A stretch of DNA of 64,000 nucleotides. It comes from Candidatus Nomurabacteria bacterium (GTDB lineage: Bacteria > Patescibacteriota > Minisyncoccia > Phycocordibacterales > SBAW01). The notes below the pieces were generated by a model that was not told where the DNA came from, ran no database searches, and saw nothing but the letters and a program-made list of their open reading frames with translations. Positions 45,385-55,351 of this stretch are shown piece by piece. Both the position numbers and the translations under genes were made by a program. Each line of letters begins with the position of its first letter. Position 1 is the first letter of the stretch. The DNA is taken from positions 213,739 to 277,738 of the forward strand of contig CALQZS010000001.1 in the NCBI GenBank assembly GCA_943349945.1. The letters are read 5' to 3'.

Positions 45385-46971
45385 ATGCAGTACGCTCGCA
45401 CTTGGGGTGCGCAGACGTCGATGCTAGCGCCGCATTTAGTCTCTGTGGAGACAGACCTCTCGCGCGGCCTCCACTCATTTACACTTGTTGGACTCCCCGA
45501 CAAAGCAGTTGAAGAATCGCGCGACAGAGTTGCCGCGGCAATAAAGCACTCTGGGTTTGAGTCGCCAAAATCGCGCAACCAAAAAATTGTCATATCGCTT
45601 GCACCGGCCGATCTTAAAAAAGAAGGGCCGCTTTTTGATTTACCAATCGCTCTTTCGTACTTACTTGCAGCAGATGACATACGCTTCGACCCCGAACCTT
45701 TTTTATTTATCGGTGAGCTTGCGCTCGACGGCACACTGCGCGCAGTGCGTGGCGTGTTACCACTTGTAGCCGAAGCAAAGCGGGTGGGGAAGCGTGCCGT
45801 GTTCGTCCCAGAAGCTAACGCCCGCGAAGCGGCACTTGTGGGCGGCATCGATATTTTTGGTGCAAAAAACTTAGGAGCAGTGATTGAACATCTTAATCAA
45901 AAACGTGTTGCCAAAAATGCAGCGGACAAAAAAGTAGCGAAAGAAAAACAGACACTCACACCAACACCACAGACCATGCTCGAGCCGAGCGTCATGCACA
46001 CGCAGTTTGCGTTTGAGGATATTCGAGGACAAGAGAGCGCAAAGCGCGCGGCAATTATTGCCGCAGCGGGCGGACACAACTTGGGACTCTCGGGCCCGCC
46101 GGGTACCGGCAAGACGATGCTCGCGCGAGCACTTGCGTCCATACTCCCACCACTCTCCTTTGACGAGATGCTTGAGGTCAACAGCATCCATTCCGTTGCT
46201 GGCGCACTCCATACCGACCTCTTAACCACGCGCCCATTTCGCTCGCCGCACCACACATCTTCGTACGTATCTATTGTCGGTGGCGGCGCAACACCCAGAC
46301 CAGGCGAGGCCACACTCGCACACCGCGGTGTTTTATTTTTAGACGAGTTCCCCGAGTTTGAGCGGCGTGTCATCGAGGCTCTGCGACAACCTCTTGAAGA
46401 CAGAGTCATCGCAGTGGCACGTGCAAAAGGGACTGCATATTTTCCTGCGCGCTTTACGTTGGTCGCCGCAATGAATCCGTGTCCATGCGGCAACTGGGGG
46501 CATCCAAACATTGAATGCATCTGCACCCCTATGAACCTCGAGAGGTACAGAAGAAAAATCTCTGGCCCCATCGCCGACCGCATCGACCTGTGGACAGGCA
46601 TGGGACCAGTCGACTTGACCGAGCTTGGCAAAAAAATAATCCGCGGCAGCGAGACAGACGCTGCGCGCAAAATAGTTTTGGCGGCGCGTGCGCGACAACA
46701 GGAGCGGTTTGCAAATACAGAACAAAAAAATACAAACACATCTGCAAAAACAAATAGCGACCTTTCGCCCAGAGAACTCGAAGAGCTAGTACCACTCACC
46801 ACAAGTGCACGTACCACACTAGAGCGGGCGGGCATGAGACTCAACCTGTCGCCCCGAGCATTCCATCGCGTGATTAAAGTTGCACGCACTATTGCAGACC
46901 TAGACGACTCACCCGACGTGAATGATTCTCACATTTTGGAAGCGTTGCAATATAGAGAGCGCAAGGGTTAG
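45385..46971 (+). CDS. comM: ComM/YifB Mg-chelatase-like AAA+ helicase
   Basis: VGLPDKAVEES, LAPADLKKEG, GPPGTGKTM, RSPHHT, LFLDEFPEF, MNPCPCG. Confidence 0.95.
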   Translation: MQYARTWGAQTSMLAPHLVSVETDLSRGLHSFTLVGLPDKAVEESRDRVAAAIKHSGFESPKSRNQKIVISLAPADLKKEGPLFDLPIALSYLLAADDIRFDPEPFLFIGELALDGTLRAVRGVLPLVAEAKRVGKRAVFVPEANAREAALVGGIDIFGAKNLGAVIEHLNQKRVAKNAADKKVAKEKQTLTPTPQTMLEPSVMHTQFAFEDIRGQESAKRAAIIAAAGGHNLGLSGPPGTGKTMLARALASILPPLSFDEMLEVNSIHSVAGALHTDLLTTRPFRSPHHTSSYVSIVGGGATPRPGEATLAHRGVLFLDEFPEFERRVIEALRQPLEDRVIAVARAKGTAYFPARFTLVAAMNPCPCGNWGHPNIECICTPMNLERYRRKISGPIADRIDLWTGMGPVDLTELGKKIIRGSETDAARKIVLAARARQQERFANTEQKNTNTSAKTNSDLSPRELEELVPLTTSARTTLERAGMRLNLSPRAFHRVIKVARTIADLDDSPDVNDSHILEALQYRERKG

Positions 46972-47064
46972 CGGCGTTTCACAAGCATATACAAGTGCAT
47001 TTTGTTGTACACCGTAGCACATCTCTGCTATGGTGTGACTAGAGCAGGTGAGGAAACACTTCCT

Positions 47065-47412
47065 ATGGACAGCTCACAAATGCTGCAATATGCATGCCGC
47101 ACACACGACGTAGACTATTATCGTGAACGACCAGAGGATAAAGACAAACCACCCACAGAGCGCAGGTGGGAAATGTTGATCAACCCACACATAGTAGTCG
47201 ACATCATTGAGAAGCTGATCCTTTTTGTTGGCACAGAAGAAGAAGCACTCGCAAAGTTGGACTGGTGCCAACAAGCCTCTCCACCTCTAATGGAGAGGCT
47301 GCGCACACAAGCACGCAAACGCTTAGCCGAAATAGGCCCCATAAAAGACACATGCACAGAGTGCCCGGTGGGTAGCATTGCAGGTAGATGGAGCAGCTTT
47401 CGCCAAAAGTGA
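47065..47412 (+). CDS. Hypothetical protein
   Basis: GAGG SD; 115 aa with CxxC; hairpin terminator at 47422-47457. Confidence 0.55.
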   Translation: MDSSQMLQYACRTHDVDYYRERPEDKDKPPTERRWEMLINPHIVVDIIEKLILFVGTEEEALAKLDWCQQASPPLMERLRTQARKRLAEIGPIKDTCTECPVGSIAGRWSSFRQK

Positions 47413-47489
47413 CTATTACACCGCCGCGACCCACACAAGGTCGCGGCGGAATTTTTATACAAACTAGGGCAAGGTATACTGTATTCCGT

Positions 47490-48863
47490 ATGAAGAAAAA
47501 CAATTCGCCCTGGCTGCACCAACTTGACCCAAACCGCGAGCACACAAAACTTACACAAGACCTAACTACCGATGTGGTAGTGGTGGGTGCAGGCATTGCC
47601 GGCATTGCGACTACTTTTTTTATTTTAAAAAACACTGACAAAAAAGTAGTGCTCCTGGAAAAATATAAATTGGGACACGGCGCAACCGGCCACAACGCCG
47701 GACAAGTGGTGAGTTACTTTGAACGCGGGTTTGCAAGTTTAGCAAAAGAGTTTGGTATCACACTTGCCGGACAGGGCCAACATGCAGTTGAGCAGGCGTG
47801 GGAGCTGCTCGACGAGATGTACACTGACGCACATCTCGACATTCCATTTTCGCGTTTTGTAGGACACGCCGGACTCACAAGCTATGAGCAAGTCTTGTGG
47901 CACCTAGAAGACAGTTTGATGCGCAAGCAAGCAGGGCTCCAAACGGAACCTATGCGCGTGTGCGCCGAGGAAGATTTTATAGAAACTATTCCGGAGAAAT
48001 ATCAGGGACTCTACATAGTTGCCCCAGCCAAAGAAGTACTCGCTACACTCGAGACAAAACAGCAGCGATTTGTCGCTGTGATGTCGTCTCAAAAAGGATG
48101 CGTCAACAGTGCGCTCCTTTGCCAAGAAGTACTCGCGTATTTGCTTGCTACTTACCCAGAGCGATTTGCATTATACGAACACACGCCGGTACACAAAATT
48201 ATTTTGCACGAACATGACGCGCTGCTCGACGCCGACACACACACCCTGCAGGCCGCGCGCGTAGTGTTGTGTACCAACGGATTTGCAGACCTGCACATCA
48301 TCAACGAAAACGGTCTTGAAGTTGATGCAAAATATCATCACTTACTTAGCGGCAAAATTGGATACATGTCCGGATACTTAGAGCAGCTCAACAAAACACC
48401 GACCGCTATAAGTTATTACACTGACCCGAAACCCAGTGTCGACAATTCGTACTACTATCTGACACGTCGCTCGTGGGAGTACGAAAAAAATACCGAGCAC
48501 AACCTGATCTCTATTGGCGGGCCCGACATGGATATAGAGGAGAGTCACACATACTCGCACGAAGACGAGTATCCTGAAATACACGAGCAAAAAATAGATG
48601 CGTTTGTACGCAGCGTATACGACACCGAACCGAATAAAAAAATCGACTACCTGTTTACCTGGCACGGACTCATGGGCTATACAAAAAACAAAGTGCGCCT
48701 CATCGGCGCCGAACCACAAAATCCTATATTGCTCTACAACTTGGGATGCAACGGTGTAGGCATCTTACCGTCGCTCTATGGGGGAAGACGTATCGCCCGA
48801 ATTATCGCAGGGGAGTCGTTAGAGAAAACTATCTTCGACGTTCCGCAAAAAAGTTCTGAGTAA
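47490..48863 (+). CDS. FAD-dependent oxidoreductase (DAO family)
   Basis: VVVGAGIAG, GATGHNAG, WHGLMGYT, GCNGVG. Confidence 0.88.
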   Translation: MKKNNSPWLHQLDPNREHTKLTQDLTTDVVVVGAGIAGIATTFFILKNTDKKVVLLEKYKLGHGATGHNAGQVVSYFERGFASLAKEFGITLAGQGQHAVEQAWELLDEMYTDAHLDIPFSRFVGHAGLTSYEQVLWHLEDSLMRKQAGLQTEPMRVCAEEDFIETIPEKYQGLYIVAPAKEVLATLETKQQRFVAVMSSQKGCVNSALLCQEVLAYLLATYPERFALYEHTPVHKIILHEHDALLDADTHTLQAARVVLCTNGFADLHIINENGLEVDAKYHHLLSGKIGYMSGYLEQLNKTPTAISYYTDPKPSVDNSYYYLTRRSWEYEKNTEHNLISIGGPDMDIEESHTYSHEDEYPEIHEQKIDAFVRSVYDTEPNKKIDYLFTWHGLMGYTKNKVRLIGAEPQNPILLYNLGCNGVGILPSLYGGRRIARIIAGESLEKTIFDVPQKSSE

Positions 48864-48867
48864 AAAA

Positions 48868-49887
48868 TTAGCGCGCTCCGACGCGTAGTGCGCCGAATGG
48901 GTTTTTGCTGCCGCGTACCTCAAAGTGGAGGTGCATACCGGTGGCTTTTCCTGTTTGCCCTACACCTGCGATTACTTGACCCTTCACCACGCTGCTACCC
49001 ACCGCAACTTGTACTGAGCCAGTCTTGGCATGTGCATAGAGTGTTTGCGTGCCGTTTGCGTGTTTTATAACGATGTAGTTTCCGTATCCGCCGTTCCATC
49101 CACCGTTGTCTCGTGCAACTACCACTACACCACTTGCCGCTGCAAGTATTGCAGTGCCTTCTTTAACACCGCCGATGTCGACGCCGTTAAACCCGTGGGA
49201 ACCTTGGGTTATGCGCCCACCGCTCACCGGCCAGCCATAGTAAGTTCCTGATGGGGCTGCTGTTGCGCCAGGGGTAGCAACCTTGGCCGGCGCCGCGGCT
49301 ATTACTCCATCTGGAATGATGATGGTGTCTCCAATGGCTAGTGAAGTATTTTCTGGAACGTTATTATACCTGGCAATATCGGCCACCGATGAGCTGTACT
49401 TTTTAGCCAAACTTGCCAGAGTGTCTCCTGAACCAACCTTATGCTGCACCCCTGTAATAGGCAGTATCACCAGCTCTTGCCCTGGATGCACCACACCACC
49501 CTTAATGTCGTTTGCCCACAAAATAGTATTTACCGAAACGCCAAACATCTCGGCAATGACCGAGAGCATGTCTCCCTCTTGCACCACATACACACTAATC
49601 TGCGACGCAGCGGGGCTCTCTATGTCGGACAAAGTGCCCGAAGGGCCATCTTGCGCCAACAGGGCAACCCCACCCACAAAAGAAATGTCGCCGCCACCCA
49701 CAGCAGGCCGCGGGTCTATATTGGTTGCTGGAGCAAGGGCCGGCAGTGTTTGAGAATTAAAGAGAGCACCCGACGCGTTGCTTGGAGAGGCTGTTTTGTG
49801 CAAAAACGCAGAAAAAAGGCTTGCATCAGCAAGCAGGGGGTATAAAAATACAAAAAAGCCGCCGCCAAGCATGACGCCTACAAACAA
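48868..49887 (-). CDS. LysM + M23 peptidase domain protein
   Basis: Two LysM domains (YVVQEGD, HKVGSGDTL), GYGNYIVIKH, TLYAH, TGMHLHFEV. The start may lie further upstream. Confidence 0.9.
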   Translation of the reverse strand: MFVGVMLGGGFFVFLYPLLADASLFSAFLHKTASPSNASGALFNSQTLPALAPATNIDPRPAVGGGDISFVGGVALLAQDGPSGTLSDIESPAASQISVYVVQEGDMLSVIAEMFGVSVNTILWANDIKGGVVHPGQELVILPITGVQHKVGSGDTLASLAKKYSSSVADIARYNNVPENTSLAIGDTIIIPDGVIAAAPAKVATPGATAAPSGTYYGWPVSGGRITQGSHGFNGVDIGGVKEGTAILAAASGVVVVARDNGGWNGGYGNYIVIKHANGTQTLYAHAKTGSVQVAVGSSVVKGQVIAGVGQTGKATGMHLHFEVRGSKNPFGALRVGAR

Positions 49888-50227
49888 GGTTTTTTTAGCT
49901 TTTTCTGAGAATCTACCCGAAAGTGGGCCCTCTGTAGTCAGAAAAGCGTCTGGATTGTCTTTTTTTATAGGTTTGTGTGCCTGGAATATCCGCTCACTCG
50001 AGCAAAGACTAAAGTTCTTTGCTTCTTGTTTTGCTTAAACCCAAGCCTCAAGGGGCACTCGCCCAGCTGTTTTTTGTACAAAATGGCTTAACAAGGCCGT
50101 TTCATACTATCCTCATGCAGTACAATACAACTATACTGCCGCACAAACCCTCGTCAATTGGGGTCATATGCCCGTGTGGATAGCTTTTGCACGCTCCAAA
50201 TTTAGCCTTGTCTGGTATAGTGTTTTA

Positions 50228-52129
50228 GTGACCGACTCTGCAAACCATCTTGCCCATCTAAATACTGCACAACAAAAAGCTGTTCGCGCAATAGATGGAC
50301 CGCTTCTTGTTCTTGCCGGAGCAGGGGCGGGGAAGACCAGGGTTATTGCCCACAGGATTTTGGAAATTGTGCGTCAGGGCACGGCGCCCGAGCGGATTTT
50401 GGCTATCACCTTTACCAATAAAGCAGCCGCCGAGATGCGCGAGCGAGTGTTGGGGCTTTTGCCAGCTGCCGGCAGGCCGCCATTTGTCTCGACATTCCAC
50501 TCGCTTGGACTCTCTATTATTAAAGAGAACGCGGCACTGTTGGGTTTTGCCAGGACACCAGCCATATATGACCGAAACGACTCTCTTCGCGAGATGAAGG
50601 CTGCGCTCAAACAACTTGGTGTCGAGGATACTGAACCCCGAGCAGCACTCAACACCATGTCCAAGCAAAAAGGACAGGGGGTGAGTGTGCACGATTTTGC
50701 TGCACAGGCGCATAGCTTCCATGACCGCACCACCGCATCCGCGTGGAGCCTGTACGAGCAAGCACTCCGTAAAGACGGCGCGGTGGACTTTGATGACCTT
50801 TTAGTGCGCGCGATGCAGCTGCTACGCGATAACGCGGCAGTGCGCACGCATTATCGAGAAAAGTGGTCGCATATACACATAGACGAATATCAAGACACCA
50901 ACCAGGTGCAGGCGCAGTTGGCAGGACTTTTGGTAGGGGACAAGCAAAATATTTGTGCCGTAGGGGACATTGATCAAACTATTTACGGCTGGCGAGGCGC
51001 CCTGATAGAAAACATGATCCATTTTGAACGCACGTTCCCTGGTGCGCAAACTGTTATTTTGGAAGAGAACTATCGATCGACGCAAAATATCTTGGCCGCC
51101 GCAAATGAGGTGATAGTAAAAAACCCAAACCGACCAGAGAAAAATCTCTTTACTAAAAACAAGGAGGGCGAGGCGCTTGGTCTGTATCAAGCATTCGACG
51201 AACTCGACGAGGCTGCGTTTGTGGCGCGCAAAATACAAGAGCTTCGTAAAGAGGGTGTCGCACCAAAAGATTTTTGTGTGTTGTACCGAGCAAACTTTCA
51301 ATCCCGCGCGCTAGAGGAAGCACTGCTCGCAAACAACATCCCGTACCAGGTTTTGGGTACGCGCTTTTTTGAACGCAAAGAAGTGAAGGATGCACTGTCC
51401 TTTATCCGCGCTGCCTTGTTTAGCACCCCCGCAGATATCGAGCGTATTACAAAAGCAGTACCATCGGGCATTGGGAAAGTAACCCTTACTAAAGTGCTTG
51501 AAGGCAAGGAAAACGAGCTTACCGGCGCGGTCAGAGAGAAGGTGGCAAAACTGCGCAATTTACTTGCGCGCATCCGCGAAAAAGCAGAGCAACTGAGCCC
51601 AGGAGAGTTGGTGCAGTTTGTTATCACCGAGTCGGGCATGGAGCGCTTGTGTAAGGAGGACAAAGCCGAAGGAGTAGAGCGGCTTGAGAACTTGCGCGAG
51701 CTGGGTAACCTTGCCGCCCGCTACAACACCCTGCCACAAGCAGAGGCGCTTGAAGCATTTTTGGAATCCACCTCGCTCCAAAGCGACCAAGACGAACTTA
51801 AAGAGGACGCAAACGCAGTGCGCATGATGACCGTGCATGCGTCCAAAGGACTTGAGTTCCCTTATGTATTTATAGTGGGACTTGAAGAAGGACTCTTTCC
51901 ATATTCCAGAGAGGGGGACAGCGCCAAAGAAGCACAGGAGGAGAGGCGACTGATGTACGTAGCTATTACCCGCGCAGAGAAAAAAGTATTTTTAACCTAT
52001 GCGTCCTATCGGACGGTGTTTGGCTCAAAAAACGCAACCTTTCCGTCGCAGTTTATATCCGACATACCGGACTACCTGCTTGAAGTAGAAAACCCCGAAA
52101 GACTGGGTCGCACTATTTACCTTGACTGA
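50228..52129 (+). CDS. pcrA: UvrD/PcrA SF1 DNA helicase
   Basis: AGAGAGKT, TFTNKAA, IDEYQD, ENYRS, TVHASKGLEF, EERRLMYVAITRA. Confidence 0.95.
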   Translation: MTDSANHLAHLNTAQQKAVRAIDGPLLVLAGAGAGKTRVIAHRILEIVRQGTAPERILAITFTNKAAAEMRERVLGLLPAAGRPPFVSTFHSLGLSIIKENAALLGFARTPAIYDRNDSLREMKAALKQLGVEDTEPRAALNTMSKQKGQGVSVHDFAAQAHSFHDRTTASAWSLYEQALRKDGAVDFDDLLVRAMQLLRDNAAVRTHYREKWSHIHIDEYQDTNQVQAQLAGLLVGDKQNICAVGDIDQTIYGWRGALIENMIHFERTFPGAQTVILEENYRSTQNILAAANEVIVKNPNRPEKNLFTKNKEGEALGLYQAFDELDEAAFVARKIQELRKEGVAPKDFCVLYRANFQSRALEEALLANNIPYQVLGTRFFERKEVKDALSFIRAALFSTPADIERITKAVPSGIGKVTLTKVLEGKENELTGAVREKVAKLRNLLARIREKAEQLSPGELVQFVITESGMERLCKEDKAEGVERLENLRELGNLAARYNTLPQAEALEAFLESTSLQSDQDELKEDANAVRMMTVHASKGLEFPYVFIVGLEEGLFPYSREGDSAKEAQEERRLMYVAITRAEKKVFLTYASYRTVFGSKNATFPSQFISDIPDYLLEVENPERLGRTIYLD

Positions 52130-52130
52130 T

Positions 52131-52928
52131 ATGTATAAAAAGAAATCTCTCGGTCAACATTTTTTGCACAACCCGCACTATCTCGGGATGCTAGCTGACG
52201 CCGCAGATATACAAAAAAGAGACGCGGTAGTGGAAATTGGCCCCGGCGAAGGAGCGCTCACAAAAGTGCTGCTTGAGCGGGGAGCGCATGTTGTGGCGGT
52301 AGAAAAAGATACGCGACTTATCCCACTACTCTCTGAAAAATTTGCACAAGAAATAAAAAACGAGCAGCTAGAGGTTATTGAGGAAGATGCCTTGCGACTT
52401 AATACAGCAAGTCATTTGAAAAAACACGCAGGAAAATCGTCAAAAAAAGATACCTACAAAGTGGTAGGCAACATACCGTACTACATCACCGGTGCTTTGT
52501 TGCGCAAATATCTAACTGACACCAAGCAACCAGCAACGCTCGTTTTCTTAATACAAAAAGAAGTGGCAGAACGCATTGCGCGTAGCACAAAGGAAAGTCT
52601 TTTATCTCTCTCTATTAAGGCGTACGGTACGCCCACCTATATTAAAACCGTACCGCGCGGAGCATTTAACCCACCACCCGCAGTAGACTCTGCCATTTTG
52701 CTTGTCTCGAACATATCGCGCAAAAACTTTAAAAACAAAAAACACGAAGAGCGGTTTTTTACACTCCTACACGCTGGCTTTGCGCAAAAAAGAAAGCTCC
52801 TTAAAAGAAATATTGAAAAAGTGCTTGGGAGCGACACGGAAAAGGTTCTGCAAGACGCTGGTATCCCACTTAATGCCCGCGCAGAAGACGTGTCTTTGGC
52901 ACAGTGGCTCGCACTTACACTGAACTAA
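52131..52928 (+). CDS. rsmA: 16S rRNA dimethyladenosine transferase
   Basis: KKSLGQHFL, EIGPGEG, GNIPYYIT, QKEVAERI, PPPAVDSA. Confidence 0.97.
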   Translation: MYKKKSLGQHFLHNPHYLGMLADAADIQKRDAVVEIGPGEGALTKVLLERGAHVVAVEKDTRLIPLLSEKFAQEIKNEQLEVIEEDALRLNTASHLKKHAGKSSKKDTYKVVGNIPYYITGALLRKYLTDTKQPATLVFLIQKEVAERIARSTKESLLSLSIKAYGTPTYIKTVPRGAFNPPPAVDSAILLVSNISRKNFKNKKHEERFFTLLHAGFAQKRKLLKRNIEKVLGSDTEKVLQDAGIPLNARAEDVSLAQWLALTLN

Positions 52929-54418
52929 ATAGGGGATGGTGCTGTTCCAAATCCGGGGATAGGAAGTATGGGCAGCCCTGCACCAACAAACAGCGGCCCT
53001 ACAAAACAAGGCACGGGCACGGGCGCTGCTTTACCCAAAATTTGGAAGCCAACCGGAGGAGGCATGCCCATGGTTACTAAGTTTGGCTTTGAGCCAGGCA
53101 TCCACATAATAGGGCCCGAGTAGGGAAGGCCACTTTTTGAAATCACCCAAAAAAGCACACCCGTGTTGCAGGGAATGTACGGCGGCGACACAATACCGCC
53201 AAAAGAAATACCCGTAAGCGGGCTCGAGGCCACACTACCTGCTGCTGCAGTAGTGCCGCTTGTTAAGAAACTAAGGCCCACTATCGCCGCAATACCAAGC
53301 ACGCCAACAGCTAAAATGCCTCCAATACCGCCACCTTCGCTGGAATTCTCGCTCGACGCATCTGAGTCAGAACCCGCACTAGCCCAAGTGTCATAGTCTC
53401 TTGCTGCTTGGTCTGCAAAAGGCACCACCACCTCAGCGCCGGGCACCCCAACTGTCTGGTAGATACCCTCGAACAAACCCTTGCGTATAGGGCCCCCGAC
53501 AAAAAAGAGGTTGTATTGGTCGGCACTGTCTATATTTGTAACCACTTCGACGTTGGGCGCTGCCACCAAAGAGCTGGACGCTGCTTGTATAGCCAAGCTA
53601 TTTCCACCCGAGGCTGCCCAAAGCAGCCCATCATCACTGACGTAACGCTCTATGGTTGTGAAGTTTTTGTTTAAAAATAGTACATATTTGCCCAAATCCC
53701 GCGATACGTGCACGTCGACATTAAACCCTTCGAGCGTTTTTTGGCCTTGAATATCGACCACATAGAGCCTGTCGGTACCCAAAATAGCCCCATTATGCGT
53801 CAACCGCGTCCGATAGACGTGTATTTTGCCCGGATAGTTGGTGCTGTAATAGAGCCATATCTCGCTACCCACCACCAACGCACTAGGCGCCCAGCCCCCG
53901 CGAGTATCGAGCCCGTTGTCTTGGTCTATAACTATGCCGCCGTCTACCCAGTCGACGCCGTCGGTACTGTACGCTTGCCCTATGCGATTATTGGTCTTAG
54001 CCAGGGTACTCGAAGCCGCATCGGTATTGGAAATAATACTGTAATACATGAGCAATCGGTTGGCGCTTGGGTCTGGCAACACCTCCGGGTCGGCAAGCTG
54101 GTGCCCTGCAACGCCAAAAACCGGCCGCGATTCTAGCCATCCGCCGGATTGATCATAAAAACTGACGTGGATTAGGCCAGAAGAGGCGTTTTTTGTAGGT
54201 TTGCCGCTGAACCACATCTTCCGTTGTCCAAAATCAGAGGACACAGTGGGCGACATGACGCTGTAGAACCCGCCCACAACCGGCACGGACACTTCTTGCG
54301 ACCAACTACCCACGGCGGCGAGTTGCTGCTGTGGCATAGTGAGCGCCGTAAGGGGAGCGGTCATCACCGTAAACACCGCAAGCACAAATGCGACGGCTTG
54401 ATTTAAAAATTCGGACAT
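52925..54418 (-). CDS. Secreted/membrane protein with a five-bladed beta-propeller (GH32/43-like) region and Gly/Pro/Cys-rich C-terminus
   Basis: Signal peptide; ADPEV, YSTDGVDW, WAPSA and SDDGLLW (Asp-box-like); internal TM GGILAVGVLGIAAIVGL. Confidence 0.6.
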   Translation of the reverse strand: MSEFLNQAVAFVLAVFTVMTAPLTALTMPQQQLAAVGSWSQEVSVPVVGGFYSVMSPTVSSDFGQRKMWFSGKPTKNASSGLIHVSFYDQSGGWLESRPVFGVAGHQLADPEVLPDPSANRLLMYYSIISNTDAASSTLAKTNNRIGQAYSTDGVDWVDGGIVIDQDNGLDTRGGWAPSALVVGSEIWLYYSTNYPGKIHVYRTRLTHNGAILGTDRLYVVDIQGQKTLEGFNVDVHVSRDLGKYVLFLNKNFTTIERYVSDDGLLWAASGGNSLAIQAASSSLVAAPNVEVVTNIDSADQYNLFFVGGPIRKGLFEGIYQTVGVPGAEVVVPFADQAARDYDTWASAGSDSDASSENSSEGGGIGGILAVGVLGIAAIVGLSFLTSGTTAAAGSVASSPLTGISFGGIVSPPYIPCNTGVLFWVISKSGLPYSGPIMWMPGSKPNLVTMGMPPPVGFQILGKAAPVPVPCFVGPLFVGAGLPILPIPGFGTAPSPI

Positions 54419-54461
54419 TACCCCAAGTATAGCGTCAAAATAATCTTGTATACTAGAGGTA

Positions 54462-55346
54462 ATGAGTGCGAGATATTTACCCAGTGCACAATTTAGCCTA
54501 TTTGTAGTGTCGTTGGCTATTGCTGGCGGGTTAGTGGTGGCCGCAAACTACTCGACCAAACCAAACACAGCCAACCTGGCAAGCATTACGCCGAGCCAAA
54601 ATCCTACGTATGACTGGCGCGCTGCACTTGGCGCCGTACAAACAGAAAGCGGTATAGAGGCACCCGGCCCCATAGATGCTGCAACCATAGACTCTTTGCG
54701 CGATGCAGCAAAAAACACATCGAGCCTCACCGACGCCGTGTCTCGTACACTGCTTATAAACCTAAGCAACGCCAAAGCACAAGGTCTGGGGAGCGATATA
54801 CCTACACAAAACCAACTAGTCGCAAGCGCAGTGGGGCAAATAGACGCTACGCAACAGGCGCGACTATACACCCGAGCCGACTTGACTGTGGTTGCCGACA
54901 CTTCTGATGCTCAAAAAGCATATGGCAACGCACTCGCAATCGTAATGAGCAAAAGTGGCGGACTTGGGTACGCAGAAACATTGATCGCTATAGATATGGC
55001 CACTGCAAAGAATAGCCAAGCAGAGCTCGAGCAGCTTCCATCTATTGCAACCGAGTATAGCGAGTTATCTAAAGCGCTACTTCGCATACCAGTACCACAA
55101 ACACTTTCACCTTTTCATCTTCAACTTGTAAACAACTTCCAAAAAATTGCCGGGGCATATACACCCATGGCGACAATACTCACGGACCCACTACGCGGAC
55201 TCTCGGCAGTTAAAGACTACCAAGCACTTACCCAAGAAACACTACTTGTGTTTATAAACATCGGACAAACATTACATAAAAACGGTATACTTTTTACTAA
55301 GGACGAGCCAGGGAGCGCTTGGGATGTTCTGGTGTCTGCACAATAA
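54462..55346 (+). CDS. Hypothetical membrane-anchored protein, first gene of the T4SS-like operon
   Basis: N-terminal TM; helical body; DPLRGL motif; co-oriented with the VirB4 locus. Confidence 0.7.
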   Translation: MSARYLPSAQFSLFVVSLAIAGGLVVAANYSTKPNTANLASITPSQNPTYDWRAALGAVQTESGIEAPGPIDAATIDSLRDAAKNTSSLTDAVSRTLLINLSNAKAQGLGSDIPTQNQLVASAVGQIDATQQARLYTRADLTVVADTSDAQKAYGNALAIVMSKSGGLGYAETLIAIDMATAKNSQAELEQLPSIATEYSELSKALLRIPVPQTLSPFHLQLVNNFQKIAGAYTPMATILTDPLRGLSAVKDYQALTQETLLVFINIGQTLHKNGILFTKDEPGSAWDVLVSAQ

Positions 55347-55351
55347 ACCAC

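Noticed and set aside
31443-46971. yraN-comM as a novel system
   Set aside because: Both are known recombination/transformation-associated genes and lie 13 kb apart here.
50455-50482. Short palindromes such as CTGCCGGCAG in pcrA and CCGCCTTGGCGG at ~5148
   Set aside because: Too short to distinguish from chance within this window alone; they would need genome-wide counts.
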